From contig JARLHW010000214.1 of NCBI GenBank assembly GCA_031292075.1, positions 1,634-65,633 on the forward strand: DNA of 64,000 nt, in the 5' to 3' direction. The notes beneath the pieces were generated by a model. The model made no database searches. It saw nothing but the letters and a program-made list of their open reading frames with translations, and had not been told where the DNA came from. Positions within the stretch are counted from its first letter, which is position 1, and each line of letters begins with the position of its first letter. Of this stretch, positions 20,404 to 30,490 are shown in pieces. Made by a program: the position numbers and the translations under genes. Source of the DNA: Desulfosporosinus sp. GTDB lineage: Bacteria > Bacillota > Desulfitobacteriia > Desulfitobacteriales > Desulfitobacteriaceae.

Positions 20404-21158
20404 CTAGCTTAGAGCTTCTCGAACCCTTGCCGCTAATTTTTTTTGACTGAAGGGCTTCTCAAGGAAATAAACGCTATCATCCTGAAGTTCAGGGTTTGTA
20501 ACAGCATTTTCCGCATAACCCGAAACGAACAACACCTTCATCCTCGATCGGGTTTTTAAAAGGAGAGTTGCCAGAACACGGCCATCCATCTCAGGCAAAA
20601 TAAAATCAGTTACAAGAAGATCGATTCTACCTGTATAATCCTTCTCAATTTGGATAGCTTCTCCCGGGGATCTTGCTGTCAGCACAGTGTATCCAAGTTG
20701 TTCCAACATTAATTTGATCATATCTAACACCTCAGGCTCATCTTCCACTAAAAGAATAATCTCATTGCCACCCATCGCAGGTTCAATTTTGCTTTCCGCG
20801 TTTTTTGGCAGAGGCTCACCTCTATGCCTGGGGAGATAGATATTGAAAGTCGTTCCTTGTTCTGGCTCGCTGTTGACATTAATAAAACCATTGTTCTGTT
20901 TTACAATACCATACACAGTAGCCAAGCCAAGCCCTGTTCCTACACCTATACCTTTAGTGGTGAAAAAAGGTTCAAAAATATGGGTCAACGTCTGCTTATC
21001 CATGCCGACCCCGGTATCACGAACGGATATTCGCACGTATTCCCCTAAAATAACACCTGACTCTGTATCACAGTATTCTTCATCAAAGGTTGCGTTACCT
21101 GTTTCAACTATTATTTTACCGACGCCTGTGATTGCATCCCGTGCATTGACACAGAGGT
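20404..21158 (-). pseudogene. 5'-truncated hybrid histidine kinase (HATPase + REC only)
   Basis: Homology starts abruptly at NLCVNARDA; no H-box or sensor domain; the preceding ~35 codons are unrelated. Confidence 0.8.
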
Positions 21159-21656
21159 TATTCACCTCGGCGAGCACGTAGCACGACTCGCCTGGCTCTC
21201 CATGTCGGCAGAGATTATCGGAAGGATGGTTCTCTGGCTGATCGGCCTGAACACTCTTCACGAGAATGGGGTATTCAACGCTCTGTTATAAAAAACTGAC
21301 TCAATGGGACCGGACTGGATGACTCTTATGAGGGCATGCGCTTGAAATCAATGATGTGAAAACAAGATTTGTATTGAGAGAGGGTGGCTTTAAAGATGTG
21401 CCCGGTAAGATTTACAGATGTGGAAATATGGTTCAGGAACCCCTGGTACAGCGGGCTTCAGGGCAGACCTTAATCGAGTTTCATCGCCTTTGCCTACAGT
21501 TACTCGGACTGCTCTTTTAAGAGGCATTGTCACCGACTGGTCGGAACAGATCTTCACCATGATTTCCGGGGAGGGGCGATGAATGACTAGTTCTTCTTGA
21601 TTTTATAAATGAAGGGTAAGGGTGGCGAAGGAACACACCCTCTCAATACACAGGAA

Positions 21657-21895
<239 letters not shown>

Positions 21896-21917
21896 ATTAT
21901 GTCATATTGAGGACGAC

Positions 21918-21945
21918 ATATTAATCAATACGAGGCAAAAAGCAA
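21918..21945 (-). promoter_or_regulatory. Candidate sigma70 promoter of the tRNA-Arg gene
   Basis: TTGCTT-N16-TAATAT about 22 bp upstream of the tRNA 5' end. Confidence 0.45.
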
Positions 21946-21960
21946 CTGCATTCTTATCAA

Positions 21961-24294
21961 TCATTCGACTTCCCTGACCCGTTGCCAAATAGGTCCGCTC
22001 TCTGTATCGATAACGATAATGCCCATCTTGGCAAGCTGATCCCTGGCGGCATCGGCAGCCTTCCAATCCTTTTCTATGCGCGCATTTTCCCGAAGTTTAA
22101 TCAACGAATTAACCTCCGGGATGAGCGGGCAGCCCTGCAGCCTGAAAATCTGAAGAACCTGATTCATCTTGTTCAGACTCTCAAGAATGTAGTCCTTCTG
22201 GTCCCGATCCAGATGATTGACCTGTAAAATCGGGTTCATCTTTTTGATAAACCTGTAAATCGCGCTCATTCCTTTGGAGACGTTCAGGTCATCGTCCATG
22301 GCCTCGAAAAACTGCTCCTGCATTGACGAGACAAAAGTGGCAACTTCCGGGTGGGGTTTTCCGGGTGGAAGACAGATCAGCTTGCAGGTAAACTCATCCA
22401 GCCGCCGCAGGGCAGTCCGGACATTTTCCAGGCGCCTGAAGGTAAACTGGATCGGCTTGCGATAATGGACGGTGAGCAGCATGAAACGGATTTCCCGAGC
22501 CGTGAACCCCCTGGCAAGAAGATCCTTCAGGGTTATAACGTTGCCATGTTCTGCGGACATCATCTTGCCGTCCACCAGAACCAGTTCGGAATGCAGCCAG
22601 CAACGGGACAACGGCTTTCCGGTCAGGGCCTCGGCAATGGCTATCTCATTCTCGTGGTGAGGAAAGATCAGGTTCCGGCTGCTGGTATGCAGGTCCAGGG
22701 TGGCCCCCAGATGCCTGGTCGCCATGGCGGAGCATTCCACATGCCAGCTGGGGCGCACATTGCCCCAGTCGGTCTGAAAGAAGATGCCCTTCTTCAGTTC
22801 GGCCAGGGTTGATCTCTTTAATAAAGTGAAATCGCGGGGATTATCCTTTTCGTAATTATCCAGATCTACGGTCTTGCCCAGTTGGATCTTACTGAGATCA
22901 ATCCCGGAGAGACGTCCGTAATTCTTAAACTTAGAAATATCGAAATAGATGGATCCATGCTTCTCGTAGGCATAGCCCTTATGGATCAGCTCATGGGCAA
23001 TCTCAATCATGTCCTGGACATGCTCGGAGGCCTTGGGATATCCGGTGGCCCGCTTGACGCCCAGCGAATCAATATCCTCCATGAAGCTGTCAATAAATCT
23101 TTCGGTAAACTCACGGAGCGGCAACCCTGCCTTTTCCGCACCGGCGATGGTGTTATCGTCGATGTCCGTGAAGTTCATATACGACTCGACTGTAAGCCCT
23201 TTACTCTCCAGATATTTGGTGATCAGATCGGAAACGATGAAGCGCCGGCAGAGCAGGAGGTTAGCGGGTTCGAAGGCCGTCGGTCCGCAGGAATAGAAGG
23301 TCGCATGCCCCTCTTTCTGCGGGACGAAGACCTCCTTTTTCTTGGTCATGGTGTTGAAAAAGCGGAGTTCCGACTTCTTCTCTCCAGAAGCCTGGACCTT
23401 CCTGGAAAAAAGCGGGGTGCTCAGGTATCTCTCACCACCGTCGGGCAGGATGACCACCATCAGGCACTCCTTCAGGGTGGCGGCATAATCCAGCGCGGCC
23501 GACATCGCCGCTCCGCTGCTCATACCCACCAGCAGGCCTTCCTTGCGGGCCAGCTGCCGGGCCATATTGAAGGCATCCTCATCCTCAATACTGACAATAT
23601 GATCCGGAACAGTCTTATTGAAGATGCCGGGTTTATACGACTCCTTCATATTCTTTAAGCCCTGAATCTTATGGCCCAGATGCGGTTCCACCGCAATAAT
23701 CTGCACATGGGGATGGAATTCCTTAAACCAGGCACTCAGCCCCATCACCGTACCGGAAGTCCCCAGCGTCGCGACGATATGAGTCACCCTGCCATCGGTC
23801 TGATTCCAGATCTCCGGCCCCGTCCCCATGTAATGGGCCATGCAGTTGGCCTCGTTGTTGAACTGGTCGGTAAGATAGTAACGGTCGGGAAACTCTCTGG
23901 CCATTGCATAGGATTTCTCGATGGCCCCATCGGTGGCGCGATTGGCGGGCGTGAGCAGAATCTCCGCTCCATATGCCTGCATGATCTTCCGGCGCTCGAT
24001 AGAGGCCGACTCCGGCATCACCAGAGTACACCGATATCCTTTAGCGGCACAGACCATGGCCAGGCCGATTCCGGTATTGCCGCTGGTGGCCTCAAGGACA
24101 ATCTTGTCCTTTGTCAATTCTCCGCTCTTTTCCCCGGCCTCAATCATCGAAAGCGAGACCCGCTCCTTTATAGACCCGCCGGGATTCCTGGCTTCAAGCT
24201 TTGCATAGATCAATCTGGAGTCCGAATCGATAAGCCGATGAATCCTGACCAACGGTGTATTGCCGATTACCTCTAAGACATTATCAAATAACAT
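21961..24294 (-). CDS. cysS: Cysteine synthase (CysK/CysM) fused to a cysteinyl-tRNA synthetase-like domain
   Basis: NPGGSIKER, EATSGNTG, GTSGT (PLP enzyme, aa 1-~295); CGPT, TDIDD, WHVECSAM, FPHHENE and anticodon domain (CysRS); HIGH and KMSKS degenerate. Confidence 0.9.
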   Translation of the reverse strand: MLFDNVLEVIGNTPLVRIHRLIDSDSRLIYAKLEARNPGGSIKERVSLSMIEAGEKSGELTKDKIVLEATSGNTGIGLAMVCAAKGYRCTLVMPESASIERRKIMQAYGAEILLTPANRATDGAIEKSYAMAREFPDRYYLTDQFNNEANCMAHYMGTGPEIWNQTDGRVTHIVATLGTSGTVMGLSAWFKEFHPHVQIIAVEPHLGHKIQGLKNMKESYKPGIFNKTVPDHIVSIEDEDAFNMARQLARKEGLLVGMSSGAAMSAALDYAATLKECLMVVILPDGGERYLSTPLFSRKVQASGEKKSELRFFNTMTKKKEVFVPQKEGHATFYSCGPTAFEPANLLLCRRFIVSDLITKYLESKGLTVESYMNFTDIDDNTIAGAEKAGLPLREFTERFIDSFMEDIDSLGVKRATGYPKASEHVQDMIEIAHELIHKGYAYEKHGSIYFDISKFKNYGRLSGIDLSKIQLGKTVDLDNYEKDNPRDFTLLKRSTLAELKKGIFFQTDWGNVRPSWHVECSAMATRHLGATLDLHTSSRNLIFPHHENEIAIAEALTGKPLSRCWLHSELVLVDGKMMSAEHGNVITLKDLLARGFTAREIRFMLLTVHYRKPIQFTFRRLENVRTALRRLDEFTCKLICLPPGKPHPEVATFVSSMQEQFFEAMDDDLNVSKGMSAIYRFIKKMNPILQVNHLDRDQKDYILESLNKMNQVLQIFRLQGCPLIPEVNSLIKLRENARIEKDWKAADAARDQLAKMGIIVIDTESGPIWQRVREVE

Positions 24295-24437
24295 TGCATT
24301 CCGAGCATTATGTGGCCCCCGCTGTCATGACGGGGAAGTGAATATTCGATACCTACAGGCCTGAACCGGAATATGAGGATACCCCTTTCTGTAGTATGGT
24401 CAAGATATTTTTAGAGCCTGTATCAACTGCGACAAAC

Positions 24438-24911
24438 TCACCCCCGCCTGCACGCCTTGGACAGGTACCAGAGCCTGATCAGCGCCTCCCGGCTCTCTTT
24501 ATCTTCAATAAGACTGACCTGATATTCGAAGGCAGCAAGCTCGGCCGCATCCACCGGTACAAAAGTCACCTTTGCCTTCTCCGGTTCAGTCTCTTCCACT
24601 TTGCCAGCCAAGGTAAACTTCACATCCTGCAGGCGGGACAATTCAAGGGCAGCATTCAGGCCCTCCAGAATCCGCACCTTTTCAAACTGGAGCTGATGCA
24701 TCCAGGAGGAATTATCGACCTCAACCCAAATGACATTGCGAACGATCTTCGATGGACGGGCGTGGCAGGCCGTCTCCGCCCCCACGATCCTCTCCCACTC
24801 AACAAACAGGGAGTAAAGATCAAGCTGTTTTTCCCAGCCCTTATCGCGAATCAAATCCGGCAGGGCAGCCGCTAGAGCATCCGCTCTTTTCTCGTTATTG
24901 AATTTTTTCAT
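24438..24911 (-). CDS. DUF721/DciA-family protein
   Basis: WERIVG..A.HARP...V.V.NSSWMHQLQF pattern. Confidence 0.8.
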   Translation of the reverse strand: MKKFNNEKRADALAAALPDLIRDKGWEKQLDLYSLFVEWERIVGAETACHARPSKIVRNVIWVEVDNSSWMHQLQFEKVRILEGLNAALELSRLQDVKFTLAGKVEETEPEKAKVTFVPVDAAELAAFEYQVSLIEDKESREALIRLWYLSKACRRG

Positions 24912-24972
24912 GACCAGGTCATTCGTAAAACTTTTCTGCCACCAGTTTCCATATCAATCCATCCGGTTTTTT

Positions 24973-25011
24973 AAAAAAAAAGGCCCGCACACCTCTGGGA
25001 TGCGCGGGCCT
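24973..25011 (-). terminator. Intrinsic terminator of glnA
   Basis: AGGCCCGC/GCGGGCCT stem followed by a U-tract on the minus strand. Confidence 0.85.
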
Positions 25012-25040
25012 CGTCTACGGACGACGATCAGAGATATTTA

Positions 25041-26369
25041 TCAGAACACACGGAGATAGTTCTCGATTTCCCAATCGGTCACTGCAGTGCGGAAGCTATC
25101 CCACTCCTTCTCTTTGGCCTCAATATACTTCCCGAATATATGGTCGCCAAGGGTGACCTTGGCAATCGGATTGGCCTTCAACTCATTCAGAGCCTCTTTC
25201 AGACTGGCAGGCATAACGATGATACCGACCTCGTCCATCTGAGCCGGGGTCATCTTGAAGATGTCCCTGTCAACAGAGGCAGGAGGATTCAGCTTATTTT
25301 TAACCCCGTCAAGACCTGAATTCAACATCATTGCCATGGCAAGATAAGGGTTGCAGGTCGGATCCGGGCAACGGACCTCGGTACGTGTCGACAGACCGCG
25401 GGCAGCCGGAATACGAACCAGGGCTGAGCGGTTGGAGGCGGACCAGGCAGCATAAACAGGTGCCTCATAGCCGGGTACGAGCCGTTTGTAAGAGTTGACC
25501 AGCGGATTGGTAATGGCGGCAAAACCGCGGGCATTCTTCAATATACCGGCAATATAGTTGAAGGCGACAGGAGAAAGCTGAAGAGGTCCCTTCTCGTCAT
25601 AAAATGCGTTGGTGCCGTCCAGATTAAAAAGCGACTGGTTGGTGTGCATACCGGAACCATTGATACCGAAGATGGGCTTCGGCATAAAGGTGGCATGCAG
25701 CCCGTAATTGGCAGCGATGGACTTGACTGCCCAGCGGAAGGTGACGGTATTATCGGCACAGGTCAGGGCATCGGCATACTTGAAGTTGATCTCATGCTGT
25801 CCTTCGGCAACCTCATGATGTGAGGCCTCAATCTCATAGCCCATCTTCTCAAGGGTCTCGATAATCTCGCGGCGGCAGTCATTTGCTGCATCTTCAGGAT
25901 CCAAAGAAAAGTAACCGGCCACATCACTGGTGATGGTGGTAGGATTACCCTCTTCATCCCGCTCGAAGAGGAAGAACTCCGCCTCGGTTCCAACATTCAT
26001 GGTGTATCCCATGGCCTTGGCCTCTGCCAGGACGCGTTTCAGATTGACGCGGGGGCAGCCTTCAAAGGGAGTCCCATCTGCCTTATAGACATCACAGATG
26101 ATGCGGGCAGCTGCAACGCCTGACTTATTCCGCCAGGGAAGGAGACAGAAGGTGTTGTAGTCCGGTTTAAGATACATATCTGACTCATTGATTCTGACAA
26201 ATCCGTCGATTGAAGAACCGTCAAACATGATATTGCCATCAAGGGCCTTGCCAATCTGGCTGCGAGGAATGGCAACATTTTTCAACAAGCCGAAAATATC
26301 AACAAACTGGAGGCGGAAATAGTGGACATTTTCCTCCTCGATAATCTTCATTATTTCATCCCTGGTCAT
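25041..26369 (-). CDS. glnA: Glutamine synthetase type I
   Basis: [38 protein letters not shown]. Confidence 0.97.
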   Translation of the reverse strand: MTRDEIMKIIEEENVHYFRLQFVDIFGLLKNVAIPRSQIGKALDGNIMFDGSSIDGFVRINESDMYLKPDYNTFCLLPWRNKSGVAAARIICDVYKADGTPFEGCPRVNLKRVLAEAKAMGYTMNVGTEAEFFLFERDEEGNPTTITSDVAGYFSLDPEDAANDCRREIIETLEKMGYEIEASHHEVAEGQHEINFKYADALTCADNTVTFRWAVKSIAANYGLHATFMPKPIFGINGSGMHTNQSLFNLDGTNAFYDEKGPLQLSPVAFNYIAGILKNARGFAAITNPLVNSYKRLVPGYEAPVYAAWSASNRSALVRIPAARGLSTRTEVRCPDPTCNPYLAMAMMLNSGLDGVKNKLNPPASVDRDIFKMTPAQMDEVGIIVMPASLKEALNELKANPIAKVTLGDHIFGKYIEAKEKEWDSFRTAVTDWEIENYLRVF

Positions 26370-26800
26370 TTTTTCTATCTCCTTACATATTGTATTTAGA
26401 AAGAATTACGTTTCCTTATTAAGGATTACCGCATCTGTAAAATCAAGGTCCCTGCTGAAATTTTACAGACGGCAGAGGGTTGATACCGGACCTTTGCTGG
26501 CCGCAAGGGATAATAAGCAATCTTCCAAAGCCACCCTGAAACGTCCAGCTCTTTATACCATTTCCTGTTGATATTGCAATAATCATACTTTTCAGGATCA
26601 TTGACAGGAAGTACAGCAGGCAGGCAACAGATGCGAATGCTCAAGTAAAATCGCCTCACATAGCGATCCACATGAAGGTCTCGGGGAAGCGCGCCATGTC
26701 CAAGCGCTGCGATCAGTCGATTGCAGCGCTACAGGCATCCTGCTTTATGGCTGCAACAGCCTTGCAGTCATCACATCCTATATGTTCTTGTCTCGGCTTA

Positions 26801-26926
26801 ATTCCATTTCTAAATCAAAATGAGAACGCGAAGGCAAGCTAGCAGCGACGAGACAGTATATAAAGTACGGAGAGGAGCCGCACAGCGCAGCCGACAAAGT
26901 TATCGTCTGATTTAGAATTGTGGAAT
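26801..26926. repeat. Palindromic interspersed (MITE/RPE-like) element
   Basis: Terminal inverted repeats ATTCCA-TTTCTAAATCA and TGATTTAGAATTG-TGGAAT around a ~90-bp core. Confidence 0.5.
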
Positions 26927-26988
26927 AAATCGTTGGATGTGGCGGCAGCGTGGCGGCAGCTGAGAATTTTGTCTATCAGCCACAAAAC

Positions 26989-27021
26989 AAAAAGGCCGCC
27001 CCTCTTGCAAGGGGCGGCCTT
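26989..27021 (-). terminator. Intrinsic terminator of the GSIII gene
   Basis: AAGGCCGCCCCT/AGGGGCGGCCTT stem plus U-tract. Confidence 0.88.
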
Positions 27022-27047
27022 GGTTGCGCCTGAGACGTCTTTCAGAC

Positions 27048-29228
27048 TTAACGGATGAACAGCATTTCCTGGTAGGAAGGCAGTGGCCACAGATCGTCAG
27101 CCACCACGGACTCCAGGGCGTCGGCACAGCCTCGCACCGCCAGCATGGCGGGAAGTACCTTCTCGCACATAAACTTGGCGTGGGCCAGGGTGTCGCCGCC
27201 CTCATGGGCTATGAGCTTCTCCAGCTTGTCCACCTCGGTCTGCATGGCCCGAAGCTGAGCGGTTACCTCCTCAAGGGTGGCCATCTTGAAATCGTGGCCG
27301 ATGACCTTGAGGCTGGCGCAGGTCTCGGCAAGCTGGCCCTGGTAGCGCATGGCGGCCGGGAAGATCACGGTGCGGGCCATGCGGATCACCAGGTTGGCCT
27401 CGGTGAGGATGGTCTTGACATACTGCTCCAGGTAGATCTCCTGGCGGGACTTCAGCTCGGCTTCGGAAAGGACACCGTACTTGGTGAAGAGGGCCACCAC
27501 TTCCTTGCTGGTGAGCACCGGCAGGGCCTCGGGGGTGGTCTTCAGGTTGGGCAGTCCGCGCTTGGCCGCTTCCTTGTGCCAGGCTTCGGAGTAGCCGTCG
27601 CCATTGAAAACTATGGCACCATGCTCCGTTATCATCTTCTGGAGCAGTTTCTGCACGCCTTCGTTGAACTGGGTTTTGTTCACTTTGCCCAACTTCTCCA
27701 ATTCGGTTGCCACATAATCGAGAGATTCAGCCATCATCGTGTTCAGGGCCACCTGGGCGCCGGCGATGGAGTGGGAGGAGCCCACGGCGCGGAACTCGAA
27801 TCGGTTGCCGGTGAAGGCAAACGGGCTGGTGCGGTTACGGTCGCCCGGATCCATGGGCAGCGGCGGCAGGGTATCGACGCCGATATGCATGATGCCCTTG
27901 GTCTTGGATCCCTTGACCTCGCCCTTCTTGATCTGGTCAAACACGTCGGTCAACTGCTCGCCCAGGTAGGCGCTCATGATGGCCGGCGGGGCCTCGTTGG
28001 CGCCCAGGCGGTGGTCGTTGGAGGCGGAAGCCACGGTGGCGCGCAGCAGGGCAGAGTATTTATGCAGGGCCCGGATGGCGGCAGCGCAGAATACCAGGAA
28101 CTGGGCATTGGAATGGGGAGTGTCGCCCGGATCAAACAGGCTGCCCAACTCCGCGTTGCCAAGGGAGTAGTTGAGGTGCTTGCCCGAGCCGTTGATGCCG
28201 GCAAAGGGCTTCTCATGCAGCAGGCAGATCATGCCGTAGCGCTTGGCCACGGAACGCAGGGTGGTCATGACCATCTGGTTGTGGTCAGTGGCCAGGTTGC
28301 CTTGCTCGTAGATGGGGGCGATTTCGAACTGGGCGGGGGCCACTTCGTTGTGGCGGGTCTTGACCGGCACGCCCAGCTTGAAGAGCTCACGCTCGACTTC
28401 CATCATGAAGGAGAGCACGCGGCGGTTAATCACGCCGAAGTACTGGTCCTCGAACTCCTGACCTTTGGCCGAGGGAGCGCCGAAGAGGGAGCGGCCGGCG
28501 ATGAGCAGGTCGGGACGGGAGAACACGAAATTGCGGTCGACCAGGAAATATTCCTGCTCCGGGCCGGCGAAGGAGCCGACGGGCAGCTTGGTGTTTACCC
28601 CAAAGAGACTGAGCACGCGTTTGGCCTGCTTGTTCAGGGCCTGCTGGGAGCGGAGCAGCGGCGTCTTCTTGTCTAAGGCCTCACCGGTCCAGGAAACAAA
28701 AGCGGTGGGGATGCAGAGGAAGGTGCCGTTGGGATTCTCGAGGATGTAGGCCGGGCTGGTGACGTCCCAGGCGGTATAGCCGCGGGCTTCGAAGGTGGCG
28801 CGCAATCCGCCGGAGGGGAAGCTGGAGGCGTCGGGCTCACCCTGGATGAGCAGCTTGCCGGAGAACTCGGCCATGGCGCCGCCGGCACCATCGGGAACCA
28901 GGAAGGCGTCGTGCTTTTCGGCGGTGAGGCCGGTCAGGGGGTAGAAGACATGAGTGAAGTGGGTAGCGCCCTTCTCGATGGCCCAGTCCTTCATGACGTT
29001 GGCTACCACGTCGGCAAGGGAAGCGTCCAGTTTCTCGCCAAAAGCAATGGTGTTCTTCAACGACTTGTAGACATGTTTGGGCAGACGTTCCTTCATGACC
29101 TTGTCACTGAAAACGTTAGATCCAAATATGTCGGTAGGCTTGGTTTCACTGAAATTCAATGGGGAATGGGACGGTTTATAGTTGATGATTGCCGAAATGG
29201 CATTCAAACGGGCCTGGATTCCACTCAT
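27048..29228 (-). CDS. glnN: Glutamine synthetase type III
   Basis: 726 aa; [56 protein letters not shown]. Confidence 0.96.
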   Translation of the reverse strand: MSGIQARLNAISAIINYKPSHSPLNFSETKPTDIFGSNVFSDKVMKERLPKHVYKSLKNTIAFGEKLDASLADVVANVMKDWAIEKGATHFTHVFYPLTGLTAEKHDAFLVPDGAGGAMAEFSGKLLIQGEPDASSFPSGGLRATFEARGYTAWDVTSPAYILENPNGTFLCIPTAFVSWTGEALDKKTPLLRSQQALNKQAKRVLSLFGVNTKLPVGSFAGPEQEYFLVDRNFVFSRPDLLIAGRSLFGAPSAKGQEFEDQYFGVINRRVLSFMMEVERELFKLGVPVKTRHNEVAPAQFEIAPIYEQGNLATDHNQMVMTTLRSVAKRYGMICLLHEKPFAGINGSGKHLNYSLGNAELGSLFDPGDTPHSNAQFLVFCAAAIRALHKYSALLRATVASASNDHRLGANEAPPAIMSAYLGEQLTDVFDQIKKGEVKGSKTKGIMHIGVDTLPPLPMDPGDRNRTSPFAFTGNRFEFRAVGSSHSIAGAQVALNTMMAESLDYVATELEKLGKVNKTQFNEGVQKLLQKMITEHGAIVFNGDGYSEAWHKEAAKRGLPNLKTTPEALPVLTSKEVVALFTKYGVLSEAELKSRQEIYLEQYVKTILTEANLVIRMARTVIFPAAMRYQGQLAETCASLKVIGHDFKMATLEEVTAQLRAMQTEVDKLEKLIAHEGGDTLAHAKFMCEKVLPAMLAVRGCADALESVVADDLWPLPSYQEMLFIR

Positions 29229-29295
29229 AGTGCACTCTCCATAATTAGTTAAGGATAACGTTTGTTGCAGGTATGTAATTGCTAAATAAAATTAG

Positions 29296-29331
29296 CTACA
29301 AAATTGTAAAACATACGGCATATTTTTTCAA
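29296..29331 (-). promoter_or_regulatory. Sigma70 promoter of the GSIII gene with overlapping palindromic operator
   Basis: TTGAAA-N17-TACAAT; the -10 lies inside CTACA-AAAT-TGTAA (29296-29309). Confidence 0.6.
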
Positions 29332-30490
29332 CCCCGAAATTGCAAAAAGGACAGTCAGCAGATCCTTTACTTTGCTGCTTGTCAAGTAACGGAGGCTGAG
29401 CTCGTACTCAGGGCCATTTTTACAGGGAAAGAATTACCATCCGGGTCGAAAATCGGCACCCCAGATGCCCACCTGTGAAAAAACTCGCCTCGCCAACGAC
29501 CTTTTGAACTAATCGTAAATGAGGCTTTGTAAATCTACAGATTTAAAACATCGTCATTGGACTTCCCAATGTGATGGTTTTCTTTGTTTAAACAACCAGC
29601 CGAGGTTTTTGAGCGGAATTTCACTTGGTATTGCTGTGTTCGCTCAATCACAGGCAAGTATCGCGGTATATTTCTATCCAGAGCATTTCTCTTTAGCCGC
29701 GGACGAAGGTCAGAGCGGTTACGCAGTCGAAATAGTCTGTTATTGGTTGCCAATATAACGAACACGAATGGTTTCATGGTCTTGAAACATTTCTGCAGTA
29801 GCTCTTCACGAAGGCTGCTGAAGGCTGACAGATGGGTTTGGCCTGCCGCCTCTGTCGATTGCAGAATATTTCAATGAATTCTGTAATATCTTGTTTTGTT
29901 ACCTATTTCGTAGCATCCTGGTGAGGATTGAAAGAAGTCATATGCCGCGAGGCTTTGATCCAACTCTGCAAATCAAATACCAGGTTGAAATGGTTTTTCA
30001 GGTCCGGTTTCCTGGTTCAGTCAGGGATAATGGGCGGAGCTGATTCCAGCTTGCTCATTCCCCTTTACGGACTCTGTGTTGCGCGACACAGTGCTGTCGG
30101 AAGGATACTTTCGAGTTCCGATCGTTTGCCTAGGGAACCCTTTAGCAAAAAACTCTCCAGAACATTGTGAAGCTAAAAATATTCGCCACCCAGCAAGGCC
30201 AAAGCAAAAGCAAGAGGTGCCAAGGGTGCTCAATACTATGAAAAATCTCTATTGCGTTGTATTTGTCCGTTACGCTGTACGTATCGTCTCACCCCTCTTC
30301 AGGGCAAGTATCAAATAACTTTTCTGATATTTTTTGCAGCTCTGAATTAAATCTTATTTACATGTTTGTGATTTTTTTTAACGCGCATTTGTATTCGGGG
30401 AACATTGGGAATGATTGCAATATTATAATTCTTACATGATCGTCATACTTGGTGAAATACCGTCCGGCTTACACCGAGCAAGGTGTTGAT

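Noticed and set aside
27024-28676. 550-aa plus-strand ORF (and many similar antisense ORFs across the GC-rich core)
   Set aside because: Shadow frame of the GC-rich GSIII gene; no family motifs.
30206-30223. Sigma54 promoter (TGGCAC...TTGC on the minus strand)
   Set aside because: GG-to-GC spacing is 8 rather than 10 nt. The similar site at 36193-36208 has correct spacing but GA at -12, so it was not called either.
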